Shown here: in pieces, positions 26,713 to 36,311 of the stretch | Position numbering within the stretch: the first letter of the stretch is position 1 | How the letters are laid out: each line of letters begins with the position of its first letter | From: an uncultured Clostridium sp. | GTDB lineage: Bacteria; Bacillota; Clostridia; TANB77; CAG-508 | Assembly (NCBI GenBank): GCA_900553755.1 | Contig: USEX01000002.1 | Location: forward strand, 16,339-80,338 | DNA: 64,000 nt | Direction of reading: 5' to 3' | Position numbers and translations under genes: made by a program | Notes under the pieces: model-generated | What the model was told of the DNA's origin: nothing | Databases searched by the model: none | What the model saw: the letters and a program-made list of their open reading frames with translations, nothing else

Positions 26713-28224
26713 CTATTTATTTCTTTTTCTTACAGCTTTTACAACTAAGCCTATAGCTATTATTACAAATGGAGTAATAAATATAATGCACATTACTACT
26801 TTTTGTTCAGCTTTAGTAGGAGTATATGTTACTGTATCATAATTTTTTCTAATTGTTATTGTATTTTCTTTTTCGTTTAAATATGCAACTGCATTTGCTG
26901 CTATATCATTATTATTACATATACTTATAAATGTATATTGATAATTTCCTATTTGGATTGGCATATCTGTTGTAAAAAATTCATCGGAATATACTATTAA
27001 TTTTGATGTTGTGTTATCATCTATTTCTTTTGTTGCTAATACTCCTATAGTTTGTGTCCCTGCTTCACTATCTTGGCTAGTTCTATTTGCAGATGTTATA
27101 TTTAAGTTTGTTCTTACAAATGCTGTGCTAGAAGTTGTAGCCAATGTTTCATAAGATACTCCTAATTCATCCTGTTTATCAGAATCTTCTATAACTTTTA
27201 TTGGTGCTGCATCTACAAAGCAACCTTTTAGTGTCATATTCATATTTGTATTGCTTATAGATTGAGTATTTTCTATTATCATGTCTGGATATTGGTATAA
27301 CATATTTGTATCAGTGCCTTCAAATACAACTCCATCTTCTATTGTTATTCCATATAAATCCAATACTTGTTGGAAATTAGTGAATACCACATTTCTTGTG
27401 TTTGATCCAGATAGTAATAATATTTTTCCACCTTTGTTTATATATTCTATTATGCTATCTTTCTCTGCTTCTGTTATATCCTCTTTTAAAGTTGTTATAA
27501 CCAAGCAACTGCAATCATCAGGAACTTTACCTGTTACAAATAAATCAAATGTTTCTACATCATTTGCATCATCTTTTAGTTCTTGCATAAATGTTGAATA
27601 ATAACTTGTTGGGTATGCCATATGATTATTCATCATAATATATACTTTAGGTTTTACATCAGAAGTAACTTCTATTATTGCATTTGTAATTGCTTCCTCT
27701 GTTGTATCAATTTGTTTTCCTGTTGTGTAATCATATGTATATAAGCTATATTCATCAATTGTTGATTCTTTATCTCCAGAGCTTACTATAATTAGTGTAT
27801 CCGTAGATTTTAAAGAATATTCTGTCATCAAATCAGACCTTGAAGATAAATTATCTATAGTTTCAACACTTATATTATTATTTAATGCTTTATATTTTTT
27901 TATTATATCATTCATATTTTCATTACTGCTGTAATTTATTAATGTAATTTTTATATCTTTATCAATTCCAGATATTTTTGTTTTAGTTTCTTCTGATAAT
28001 GAATATATTTTATCTGATGTGCAATCTATTTCTGGTAAATTAACATTTTTTAGTAAAACTGTTATACCCACACAAATTAAGATAATTATTGCAACTAGCA
28101 ACAATGTATTTATGCCATTTCTTAGCCATTTTTTATTTAACACATCTATACATTTATGAAAGAATTTCTTTATTTTTCCATCTGGCTTATCTTGTATTTT
28201 TGTTAATTCTTTACTCTTTTTCAC
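26713..28224 (-). CDS. ABC-transporter auxiliary component, GldG-like (N- and C-terminally anchored extracytoplasmic protein)
   Basis: 503 aa with TM segments at both ends. It follows an ABC-2 permease and an ATPase in the same orientation. The family call rests on architecture and context. Confidence 0.65.
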   Translation of the reverse strand: MKKSKELTKIQDKPDGKIKKFFHKCIDVLNKKWLRNGINTLLLVAIIILICVGITVLLKNVNLPEIDCTSDKIYSLSEETKTKISGIDKDIKITLINYSSNENMNDIIKKYKALNNNISVETIDNLSSRSDLMTEYSLKSTDTLIIVSSGDKESTIDEYSLYTYDYTTGKQIDTTEEAITNAIIEVTSDVKPKVYIMMNNHMAYPTSYYSTFMQELKDDANDVETFDLFVTGKVPDDCSCLVITTLKEDITEAEKDSIIEYINKGGKILLLSGSNTRNVVFTNFQQVLDLYGITIEDGVVFEGTDTNMLYQYPDMIIENTQSISNTNMNMTLKGCFVDAAPIKVIEDSDKQDELGVSYETLATTSSTAFVRTNLNITSANRTSQDSEAGTQTIGVLATKEIDDNTTSKLIVYSDEFFTTDMPIQIGNYQYTFISICNNNDIAANAVAYLNEKENTITIRKNYDTVTYTPTKAEQKVVMCIIFITPFVIIAIGLVVKAVRKRNK

Positions 28225-28237
28225 TTTTTCTCTCTCC

Positions 28238-28921
28238 TTACTTCACTAATTTTCTTCTTTGCATTACGATTATCGTTAAACTAATAAATAAAAATGTAAA
28301 CAATAGCAATGAAATTATATTTTCAATTGATATTATTCCTTGTGCAAATTTTGTATAATAATCAATTAGTGTTATTCCTTCTAAAGATGAGCTAATATTG
28401 TTTGTAAATAAAGATATTACTAAAAATGCAACTGTAATTACCCCTGCAATCATTTGGTTTTCAGTTAAGCTTGATGCAAACATTCCTACAGATATTGCAG
28501 CCATGCTTAAAAATATAAATCCTAAAATTGCTACTAATGTTGTTCCAATGTTTGGTTTTCCAAAATAACTTATTATCGCAAAAAACATTAGTGATATTAA
28601 TAAAGTAATTAATATTACAGATAGTGCTGCAAAAAATTTTCCAAACACTACTTTTAGCATTCCCGTTGGAGAAGTTAATAGCAATTGTTCTGTGCCATTT
28701 TTCCTTTCCTCTGCAAATATTCTCATTGTTAATATTGGTATTATAATTATTAAACCATATAAAGCTGTATAATAATATAATGCTCCTAAATCTACAGTAT
28801 TTGAATTAAATACCGTTAAATAGAAAAACACACTAAAGCATAATAAAAATATTCCTATCACAACATAGCCAATTGGAGATAAGAAATAGCTTTTTAATTC
28901 TTTTTTATATACCGCAAACAT
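28238..28921 (-). CDS. ABC-2 type transporter permease (GldF-like)
   Basis: 227 aa with six hydrophobic spans. Its start overlaps the ATPase stop by 1 nt. Confidence 0.8.
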   Translation of the reverse strand: MFAVYKKELKSYFLSPIGYVVIGIFLLCFSVFFYLTVFNSNTVDLGALYYYTALYGLIIIIPILTMRIFAEERKNGTEQLLLTSPTGMLKVVFGKFFAALSVILITLLISLMFFAIISYFGKPNIGTTLVAILGFIFLSMAAISVGMFASSLTENQMIAGVITVAFLVISLFTNNISSSLEGITLIDYYTKFAQGIISIENIISLLLFTFLFISLTIIVMQRRKLVK

Positions 28922-29904
28922 TATTTTTTACCTCCTTCTTTTTTTGCTTTTTCTGAGCTTTTATTTATTAAAGTTATAAATGCATCTTCTAAAGATGTTT
29001 CTGCCTTCTTTAATTCGAATATTGTAATATCATTTTTAGGCAATACTTCGAATAATTGCTTACGCAAATCTGCATTTTCTTTGGCTTCTATCATGTATTG
29101 CTTTGTTCCATCGCCATTATCTTTTACTTCTTCACATTTTGCTATCTCTGGAATTAAAGTATTTATTTCTTTCATTTTATTTTGTTTATCTTCAACAGTT
29201 ACTAAAATAATATTCTTTTCTTGTGTAGCTTTTTCTAGATTTTCTGGAGTATCAATTGCTACTATTTTTCCTTTATTTATAATTATTACTCTTTCACACA
29301 ATTGGCTTACTTCAGATAAAATATGTGAGCTTAATATTACTGTATGTTCTTTCCCTAATTCTTTTATTAAGCTTCTTATTTCTGTTATTTGCTTTGGGTC
29401 CAAGCCTACTGTTGGCTCATCTAGTATAAGTACATCTGGGCTTCCTACTAAGGCTCCTGCCATGCTTACTCTTTGCTTATAACCTCTAGATAAATTTCTA
29501 ATTAGCTTCTTTTCAACATCTTTTATTCCAGTTTCTGTTAAGGCTTTTTCTACTTCTTCTTTCTTTACTTTTTTGTCTACTTTTTTTAATTCAGCCATAT
29601 ATGTTACAAATTCTTTTACTGTTAAATCTTGGTATAATGGCACCCCCTCTGGCATATAACCTATTTGTTTTTTTGCTTTTTGAGGTTTTTTCTGAATATC
29701 ATAACCATTTACAGTAATTGTACCTTCTGTTGGCTCTATGTAGCCTGTTATCATATTCATTGTAGTGCTTTTCCCTGCACCGTTTGGTCCAAGAAATCCA
29801 ATGATTTCTCCATTTTGTATGGTAAAGCTTATATCATCTACTGCTGTAAAATTACCATACTTTTTTGTAACATTAGTAATTTCTATCACTGTTTTTTCCT
29901 CCAA
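28921..29904 (-). CDS. ABC transporter ATP-binding protein
   Basis: 327 aa with Walker A GPNGAGKST, signature LSRGYKQRV and Walker B LILDEPTVGLD. Confidence 0.95.
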   Translation of the reverse strand: MEEKTVIEITNVTKKYGNFTAVDDISFTIQNGEIIGFLGPNGAGKSTTMNMITGYIEPTEGTITVNGYDIQKKPQKAKKQIGYMPEGVPLYQDLTVKEFVTYMAELKKVDKKVKKEEVEKALTETGIKDVEKKLIRNLSRGYKQRVSMAGALVGSPDVLILDEPTVGLDPKQITEIRSLIKELGKEHTVILSSHILSEVSQLCERVIIINKGKIVAIDTPENLEKATQEKNIILVTVEDKQNKMKEINTLIPEIAKCEEVKDNGDGTKQYMIEAKENADLRKQLFEVLPKNDITIFELKKAETSLEDAFITLINKSSEKAKKEGGKK

Positions 29905-30064
29905 TCTCTTATTTCCCTAAATAATAATTAAATATTATCACTATAATTTTACTGGTGCAATATACTTCTATAATTTTTCACAAAGATTTCACACAATAAT
30001 TAAACTGTTGCAAAAAATTCATTTTTTTGGTATTATATTAAGTATTAAAATAGTGGAGGAAATT

Positions 30065-30355
30065 ATGACAAGTAAACAAAGAGCTTATTTAAGAGGATTA
30101 GCAAATTCTATAACTCCTATTTTTCAAATAGGAAAAAATGGAATATCTGAAAATTTAATAAAACAAATAGATGATGCTCTAGAAGCAAGAGAGCTAATTA
30201 AAATTAGTGTTTTAGATACTGCCCCTGATGCTGTTAAACCATTAGGAATAGAAATATCTGAAGCCACAAATTCTATTTTTGTGCAATCAGTTGGTAATAA
30301 AATAACTTTATATAGAGCTAGAAAAAAAAATTCAAAAATTGTTTTACCAAAATAA
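30065..30355 (+). CDS. yhbY: Ribosome-assembly RNA-binding protein YhbY (CRM domain)
   Basis: MTSKQRAYLRGLANSITPIFQIGKNGISENLIKQIDDALEARELIKISVL matches the YhbY/YqeI signature. GGAGGA lies 5 nt upstream of the ATG at 30065. The track ORF start at 30008 is an upstream extension. Confidence 0.9.
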   Translation: MTSKQRAYLRGLANSITPIFQIGKNGISENLIKQIDDALEARELIKISVLDTAPDAVKPLGIEISEATNSIFVQSVGNKITLYRARKKNSKIVLPK

Positions 30356-30359
30356 AAGA

Positions 30360-30388
30360 GGGATTATAAGTTTTATGCTTATAACCCC
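30360..30388. terminator. Bidirectional terminator between yhbY and the PF06541-like gene
   Basis: GGGATTATAAG-(7 nt)-CTTATAACCCC: an 11-bp stem with one mismatch, flanked by an A-run and a T-run. Confidence 0.55.
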
Positions 30389-30393
30389 TTTTC

Positions 30394-31071
30394 TTATTTC
30401 ATCAATTCTTTTATCCATACTTCATTTTTTTCTTCATCTAAAAATCTTATATTAGGAAATACTTTTTTCATTATTTCATTCGTAAATATTTTATCTCCCA
30501 ATTTTCCAATTGCATTTTTTTCTTCAAATATTACAACATCATTATATACCATTTTTGCCCTTGCTTTATACACATATATACCCCAAACTGTGAATAAGGT
30601 TTCTGCAACGATTAATATTGTTAGTATTGTATCTATAATTACTTTTTTTCTTCCTTGGATTTTATCTATTGCTTTATCAAGTATTTTGCTTGCAATTTCA
30701 ACTAATACTATTGAAATTGCTCCCCACAAGACTGCATACGCAATACATATTCTTCCATTTACGTTTCCCATATTAGTATAATTCCAAAATCTTATTCCAA
30801 ACGCTGCCTCAAATGCAAAACTTATCAAAAATTGCATTAACGTTCCTTCTGCAGCTCCCCAAATAAATATTTTAACTATGCTATTTTTAAAATTTTGAAG
30901 TGAGAATATTAAAACCGTAGCGCAAATTCCATATATTACGCATAGAGGTCCTAATATACATCCTCTTCTATTATCTGTTGATAAAAATCCCATCATTATT
31001 TCTATAAACAAGCCTATTAAGCTAAAAATTACTATATACCATATTATTTTGTGAAATACGTTTTTCTTCAT
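30394..31071 (-). CDS. Polytopic membrane protein, PF06541-like (paralogue of 16573..17322)
   Basis: 225 aa with several TM spans. The segment GFLSTDNRRGCILGPLCVIYGICATVLIF parallels RGFLIGPYCPIYGYGALLITF of the paralogue. Confidence 0.7.
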   Translation of the reverse strand: MKKNVFHKIIWYIVIFSLIGLFIEIMMGFLSTDNRRGCILGPLCVIYGICATVLIFSLQNFKNSIVKIFIWGAAEGTLMQFLISFAFEAAFGIRFWNYTNMGNVNGRICIAYAVLWGAISIVLVEIASKILDKAIDKIQGRKKVIIDTILTILIVAETLFTVWGIYVYKARAKMVYNDVVIFEEKNAIGKLGDKIFTNEIMKKVFPNIRFLDEEKNEVWIKELMK

Positions 31072-31156
31072 CAGATACTCCCTTAATATTTTATATAGTA
31101 TATTCTATACTATATTTCAAAAAATTTCTATATTTTTTGAAATTTTATTTAAACCA

Positions 31157-31185
31157 TTGACAAATGTATTTTTTCGCATTATAAT
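31157..31185 (+). promoter_or_regulatory. Consensus sigma-A promoter of tRNA-Arg(UCU)
   Basis: TTGACA (31157..31162), a 17-nt spacer, then TATAAT (31180..31185), 20 nt upstream of the tRNA. Confidence 0.8.
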
Positions 31186-31205
31186 ATATCTTGCATTTGA
31201 GTTAT

Positions 31206-31282
<77 letters not shown>

Positions 31283-31304
31283 TAAAATTTTATGCAAAAC
31301 CTAT

Positions 31305-31335
31305 AAAAAAGCCACTCGTAAAACGGGTGGTTTTT
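31305..31335. terminator. Bidirectional terminator (tRNA-Arg on plus, aminopeptidase on minus)
   Basis: AAAAAAGCCACTCG-TAAAA-CGGGTGGTTTTT. Confidence 0.7.
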
Positions 31336-31351
31336 ATTTATATTTTTTAAC

Positions 31352-32770
31352 TTAAGCTTTGAAAAAAGCTTCATATCCTCTATATGCTTGGTAAACGTCA
31401 TATTTACTTGTTACTTCATAAGGTGCATGCATTGATAATACTGGAACTCCACAATCCAACACATCAACTCCTTTATTAGCTAAAATGTATGCGATTGTTC
31501 CGCCACCTCCCAAATCAACTCTTCCAAGTTCTGCAATTTGATATGTTACTCCTTTTGTTTCAAATATATTGCGAACATATGCTACAAATTCCGCGTTTGC
31601 ATCTGAGCCATTAGCTTTTCCAGCAACTCCAGTGTATTTAGCAATTCCAACTCCTTTATTTAAATAAGAAGCATTGTGTGTATCTGATACTGATGCATAA
31701 ATTGGATCAAAACCAGCATCTACATCTGCTGATAGCATTTTTGAGTTACAAAACATTTTATCCAATAAATTTGGTCTGTTTGCATTCATTTTATTTAATA
31801 TTTCTGACATAAATGTGCTAAACACATTTGATTCCATTCCTGTATTGCCCATGCTACCTATTTCTTCTTTGTCTGCAAATATACATACAGCTGTTTTTTC
31901 TGGATTTTCTATATTTAATATTGCTGTTAAAGAAGTATATACTGATACTTTATCATCTTGTCCGTATCCTGCAATTAAGCTCTCGTCAAATCCTAGGCTT
32001 CTGCATTTAAATGCTGGTACCAATTCTATTTCTGCACTTAAAAAGTCTTTTTCTACTATTCCATATTTTTTATTTAGTAAATTTAATATATTTAATTTTA
32101 CTTTTTCTGAAATATCTTTACAATCAAATGGTATGCTTCCTATTAATAAGTTTAGATTCTCGCCCTCAACACCATCTTTTAATTTTTTTTGCATTTGTTC
32201 TTGAGCCAAATGTGGTAATAAATCTGTAATTGTAAATATTGGATCTTCTTCATTTTCACCAATATTTATCTTTATTTTTTCACCATTAGCCTTTGCTATA
32301 ACCCCATGAATTGCAAGTGGTATAGTTGTCCATTGATATTTCTTTATACCACCATAGTAGTGTGTTTTAAAATAAGCAAATCCATTGTCTTCATATACTG
32401 GGTTTGGTTTTAAATCCAATCTTGGTGAATCTGCATGTGATCCTATTATATTTATTCCATTTTCTATATCTTCTTTTCCTATTACTGCTAAAAACAAATT
32501 CTTCTCTCTATTTACGAAATACACTTTGTCTCCTGATTCTAGCGTTTCGTACTCTTCTATGTCTTTAAATCCATTTGCTATTGCAATTTCTAATGAATTT
32601 GCCACAATCTCTCTTTCTGTTTTAGAACTGTTTAAAAATTCCATATATTTATCGCAGTACTCAAATATTTGTTTTTTCTCTTCTTCTGAAGTGTTTTCCC
32701 AGCCATTATTTTTTTCATCAAATAATTTTTTTCTTAACTCTTCAGCTTGTTCTTTTTCAATCATATTCAA
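31352..32770 (-). CDS. M18 family aminopeptidase (aminopeptidase 1 type)
   Basis: 472 aa. Motifs IGSHADSPRLDLKPNP and YYGGIKKYQWT, with a C-terminal ...GGGGTIAYILANKGV...LSMHAPYE. The N-terminal region resembles clostridial aminopeptidase 1. Confidence 0.85.
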   Translation of the reverse strand: MNMIEKEQAEELRKKLFDEKNNGWENTSEEEKKQIFEYCDKYMEFLNSSKTEREIVANSLEIAIANGFKDIEEYETLESGDKVYFVNREKNLFLAVIGKEDIENGINIIGSHADSPRLDLKPNPVYEDNGFAYFKTHYYGGIKKYQWTTIPLAIHGVIAKANGEKIKINIGENEEDPIFTITDLLPHLAQEQMQKKLKDGVEGENLNLLIGSIPFDCKDISEKVKLNILNLLNKKYGIVEKDFLSAEIELVPAFKCRSLGFDESLIAGYGQDDKVSVYTSLTAILNIENPEKTAVCIFADKEEIGSMGNTGMESNVFSTFMSEILNKMNANRPNLLDKMFCNSKMLSADVDAGFDPIYASVSDTHNASYLNKGVGIAKYTGVAGKANGSDANAEFVAYVRNIFETKGVTYQIAELGRVDLGGGGTIAYILANKGVDVLDCGVPVLSMHAPYEVTSKYDVYQAYRGYEAFFKA

Positions 32771-32925
32771 TTTCTCCTCTCTTTTTTTGTTGAAAGTATA
32801 TCATTTTATTATTACTTTTTCTAGTATTATTTTCATTTTTTATAATATTTATTATTAATAATACATATTCTTTACAAATGTTATTTTTTATAGTTTAATA
32901 TAGAAGAATAAAATTTTGGAGAAAT

Positions 32926-34587
32926 ATGATGAATAAATTACAAGATAGTCAAATAAGCACGGATTTTGAAGAATTATCTGAGGAACAACAGATTTTACAA
33001 GATGCAGAGCAAATAATAAAACAAACGCAATCTGAAAAAAAACATAAAGGCAAAAAGGTTTTTCTTTTTGTTTTTTTGCCTTTATCAATATTAATTATAA
33101 TAGCCCTATTTTTTTCTACTATATTTGCTTTGTTGAATATACATAAAGATACCATTATTTCAGGTATTTACATACAAGGTATTTCTGTTTCTGGATTAAC
33201 AAAAGATGAAGCAAAAGCAAAAATTTCTGAAGAAATAAAAAAACAATTATCTAAGGAAATTACTCTATCTCACGAAGATTATTCTATTACCATATCGCCT
33301 TCTCAAATTAATATGTCTTTTGATACAGACCTTGCTGTAGAAAATGCTTTTGCTTTAGGCAGATCAAGCAATATTTTTATAAACAATTTCACAATTCTTA
33401 ATGCCTTAAGCACCAATCTTAATATAGGACCTAGCATTTACTATGATACCGAATTATATGATAATTTAGTAACTGAAATAAATTCAAATTTGCCAGATGC
33501 AGTAATTAATCCTAGCTATTCTATTGATGGAACTTCCTTAATTATTTCTAATGGCAAGGACGGTTTCGTTGTAGATTCTGATTCACTAATACATGAAATA
33601 TTATTTTTATTAACAAATAGTACCAATAATATTTCAATATCTATACCTGTAACTCCTGTTTCAGCCAAGAGTATTGATATTGATTCTATCTACGCAGAAG
33701 TTTATAAACAACCTGTTGATGCTTACTACCAAACAAATCCATATGTTGTTTATCCTTCATCAAATGGATTAGATTTCAATATTTCTCTAGATGAAGCTAA
33801 AAATATAGTTAGTACATATCAAGAAGAATATACTATACCTTTAAAAATTTTATATCCTTCCGTGACTACAAATCAATTAGGCGCAGAGGCTTTTCCAGAT
33901 TTATTATCTAGCTTCTCTACTTCTTTTACGAGCAGTAATAGTAACCGTTCTACCAATATTTCGCTTTCTGCTTCGAAGATAAACGGAGTTGTTTTAATGC
34001 CTGGAGAAACATTTTCTTATAACCAAGTTGTTGGCCAGCGTACTAAAGCTGCTGGATTTAAAGAAGCTCCTGCTTATTTAAATGGAAAAGTAGTTCAAGA
34101 ATACGGTGGAGGAATATGCCAAGTTTCATCAACTCTTTATAATGCAGTATTATATGCAAACTTGGAAATCACCGAAAGAACAAATCATGGCTTTAAACCT
34201 TCATATGTAAAACCTGGTTTAGATGCTACCGTATCATGGGGTGGTCCAGATTTTAAATTTACAAATAATAGAAATTATCCAATAAAAATAGTTTGTGATA
34301 CTTCTGGCAAAATTCTAAGAATCTATATTTACGGATTAAAAACTGACAACGATTACAAAGTAGTAATAGATGCACAATATCTTTCAACAGTTTATGCACA
34401 AACAGTTTATCAAACCGATTCATCTTTAGCCACTGGTCAAACTCGTGTAATTTCTAACGGTTCAAACGGTTGCAAAACCGCCACATACAAAACATTATAC
34501 AATTCTGCTGGGAATGTAGTTTCTACCGAATGTATCTCAAGAGATACCTACAATCCACATAATAAGATAGTGGCAGTGGGCCCATAA
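32926..34587 (+). CDS. VanW family protein with N-terminal membrane anchor and C-terminal G5 domain
   Basis: 553 aa. VanW core is GETFSYNQVVGQRTKAAGFKEAPAYLNGKVVQEYGGGICQVSSTLYNAVLYANLEITERTNH. The G5-like C-terminus is ...LATGQTRVISNGSNGCKTATYKTLYN. Confidence 0.88.
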   Translation: MMNKLQDSQISTDFEELSEEQQILQDAEQIIKQTQSEKKHKGKKVFLFVFLPLSILIIIALFFSTIFALLNIHKDTIISGIYIQGISVSGLTKDEAKAKISEEIKKQLSKEITLSHEDYSITISPSQINMSFDTDLAVENAFALGRSSNIFINNFTILNALSTNLNIGPSIYYDTELYDNLVTEINSNLPDAVINPSYSIDGTSLIISNGKDGFVVDSDSLIHEILFLLTNSTNNISISIPVTPVSAKSIDIDSIYAEVYKQPVDAYYQTNPYVVYPSSNGLDFNISLDEAKNIVSTYQEEYTIPLKILYPSVTTNQLGAEAFPDLLSSFSTSFTSSNSNRSTNISLSASKINGVVLMPGETFSYNQVVGQRTKAAGFKEAPAYLNGKVVQEYGGGICQVSSTLYNAVLYANLEITERTNHGFKPSYVKPGLDATVSWGGPDFKFTNNRNYPIKIVCDTSGKILRIYIYGLKTDNDYKVVIDAQYLSTVYAQTVYQTDSSLATGQTRVISNGSNGCKTATYKTLYNSAGNVVSTECISRDTYNPHNKIVAVGP

Positions 34588-34596
34588 CATTAAAAT

Positions 34597-34618
34597 AAAG
34601 TGTAGGCTTCTACACTTT
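34597..34618. terminator. Bidirectional terminator between the convergent vanW-like and LD-carboxypeptidase genes
   Basis: AAAGTGTAG-GCTT-CTACACTTT: a perfect 9-bp stem with flanking A and T runs. It overlaps the stop at 34617. Confidence 0.7.
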
Positions 34619-35633
34619 ATTTTAATTTGAATTCTATGCTTCCTTTTCCTGCATTCAATTCTATTCTAGCTATTGCACCATTTATAATAGTCATTTGTGG
34701 TGGCTTATGCCCAATATCAGCATTAATTATAATAGGAACATTCAGTTCTTCTAATGAACTTTTTATCGCATTTTTAAAGCTAATATTATAATAACTTTTT
34801 TCTATTCCACTCCTTCCAAAAACAATTCCTTTCGTATATTTAAAATATCCTGCTTCCTTTAATTGAAACATTGCTCTTACTAAACTTTCACTACTTAATT
34901 CACAATTATCAAAGAACCATATAATTCCATCTTTCTTATATTTTTCAATAAAATTTTTTGTATTATCATATTTTGTTCCAATTAAGCACAAAATCACATC
35001 TAAGCAACCGCCTATCATTCTACCTTGCATTTTAATATTTTCTTCTCCATTTATTCCTTCCCATCTAACCTTTTCCGTTAAGTTATATGGTTCATCACCA
35101 TTAATTCTCTCTGCTCTTATACCTTCATATAAATCATAACTATATTGCTTGATTAAATTTCCCTGTAATATTTCTAAATTTTCCTTTATAGCCCTGTGCC
35201 AATCCTTCATAGCAAATGTTTTAAAGTTATTTGAATAGATTGTAGCCATGTCTAACATTGTAGTAATTGGAAACAATAAGCCTGTTATATCTGAATAACC
35301 TTGCATCCATTTAGGATTATTTAAAATATTTTTAAAATTCACATATGGAAGCATTTCTATTAAAAACTCGCCTCCAGCTAATCCAATTATTGCTTTTGTT
35401 TTCTCATCTATAAACAGCTTGTTCAATTGCTTTGCTCTTTCTTCTTTACTTGCACTTCTACCTGTTCCAGTATCTTTTCTGCAATTCTCGGTTTCTTCTA
35501 TTGTAAAACCTAGATCTTTAAGCTTTTCTTCCGCCATATCTAATTTTTTTATATCTATCTCATTTTCACTTCCAGCTGATGGAGCTGTAACTCCTATCGT
35601 ATCGCCTTTTTTTATAAATTCAGGATATATCAT
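34617..35633 (-). CDS. S66 family LD-carboxypeptidase (LdcA/MccF-like)
   Basis: 338 aa. N-terminus is LKKGDTIGVTAPS-like (FIKKGDTIGVTAPSAGS). The nucleophile context is QGYSDITGL, and the C-terminus carries ...ADIGHKPP. Confidence 0.85.
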   Translation of the reverse strand: MIYPEFIKKGDTIGVTAPSAGSENEIDIKKLDMAEEKLKDLGFTIEETENCRKDTGTGRSASKEERAKQLNKLFIDEKTKAIIGLAGGEFLIEMLPYVNFKNILNNPKWMQGYSDITGLLFPITTMLDMATIYSNNFKTFAMKDWHRAIKENLEILQGNLIKQYSYDLYEGIRAERINGDEPYNLTEKVRWEGINGEENIKMQGRMIGGCLDVILCLIGTKYDNTKNFIEKYKKDGIIWFFDNCELSSESLVRAMFQLKEAGYFKYTKGIVFGRSGIEKSYYNISFKNAIKSSLEELNVPIIINADIGHKPPQMTIINGAIARIELNAGKGSIEFKLK

Positions 35634-35712
35634 ATTTTCCTCCTAATAAAAAATACCAATTTCTCTTTTGAAATTGGCAAATAATTGTTAAATGTATATA
35701 AAAATTATATAA

Positions 35713-35789
<77 letters not shown>

Positions 35790-35801
35790 ATTTGCCTATT
35801 T

Positions 35802-35830
35802 ATTATACTTGTATTTTGTTTTTTTTTCAA
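35802..35830 (-). promoter_or_regulatory. Sigma-A promoter of tRNA-Arg(ACG)
   Basis: On the minus strand: TTGAAA (35830..35825), a 17-nt spacer, then TATAAT (35807..35802), 12 nt upstream of the tRNA. Confidence 0.75.
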
Positions 35831-35879
35831 TAGTTTTATTAGTTTTTTGAGAAATTTATTTATTTTTTATAAAAACATC

Positions 35880-35908
35880 TTGCAAATCGCTCATATTTGT
35901 GCTATATT
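35880..35908 (+). promoter_or_regulatory. Sigma-A promoter of tRNA-Pro
   Basis: TTGCAA (35880..35885), a 17-nt spacer, then TATATT (35903..35908), 27 nt upstream of the tRNA. It is divergent from the tRNA-Arg promoter. Confidence 0.65.
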
Positions 35909-35935
35909 TAATAAGTACTTGTTACAAATAATAAC

Positions 35936-36011
35936 CGAGGTGTAGCGCAGTTGGTAGCGCGCGTGGTTTGGGACCATGAGGTCGCAGGTTCGATCCCTGT
36001 CACCTCGACCA
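35936..36011 (+). tRNA. tRNA-Pro (anticodon TGG); integration target of the mobile element
   Basis: CGAGGTGTAGCGCAGTTGGTAGCGCGCGTGGTTTGGGACCATGAGGTCGCAGGTTCGATCCCTGTCACCTCGACCA. The anticodon loop is TTTGGGA and CCA is encoded. Confidence 0.92.
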
Positions 36012-36016
36012 TATTT
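36000..36016 (+). repeat. attL core: 17-bp direct repeat TCACCTCGACCATATTT (last 12 nt of tRNA-Pro plus 5 nt)
   Basis: An exact second copy lies at 46706..46722. The flanking bases differ on both sides. Confidence 0.85.
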
Positions 36017-36193
36017 AAGCAGTAAATTAAATTTACTGTTTATTTTTTTATCAAAATTCAAGAGAATTTATAAAAAGTTAAAAGACGGGAAACGTGCTAT
36101 TTTCAAAGCAATTTTGAAGATTAGCATATTTTTTATATTCTCATAAAAATTTTTTTGACTGCTTATAAATTCTAGAAAATTACCCTATTTCTC

Positions 36194-36245
36194 TCTGGAA
36201 AGGATTTCTGGAAAAATATTATATTCATCTCTGGAATTTCTGGAA
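36194..36245 (+). repeat. Four direct copies of TCTGGAA (arm-type recombinase sites or Rep iterons)
   Basis: Copies at 36194, 36207, 36230 and 36239, in the context (C/T)TCTGGAA(A/T). Two more copies lie near attR at 46626 and 46639. Confidence 0.6.
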
Positions 36246-36311
36246 AGTCAAAAATTATTTATTTCAAACAGATTTATAGTTTTCCAAATATTTTGAAAGG
36301 AGAACTAATCT

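Noticed and set aside
26713-29904. GldA/F/G-like ABC transporter as evidence of gliding motility
   Set aside because: The family name comes from Bacteroidetes. In Firmicutes these three-gene ABC systems are common and of unknown substrate, so nothing unusual can be claimed here.
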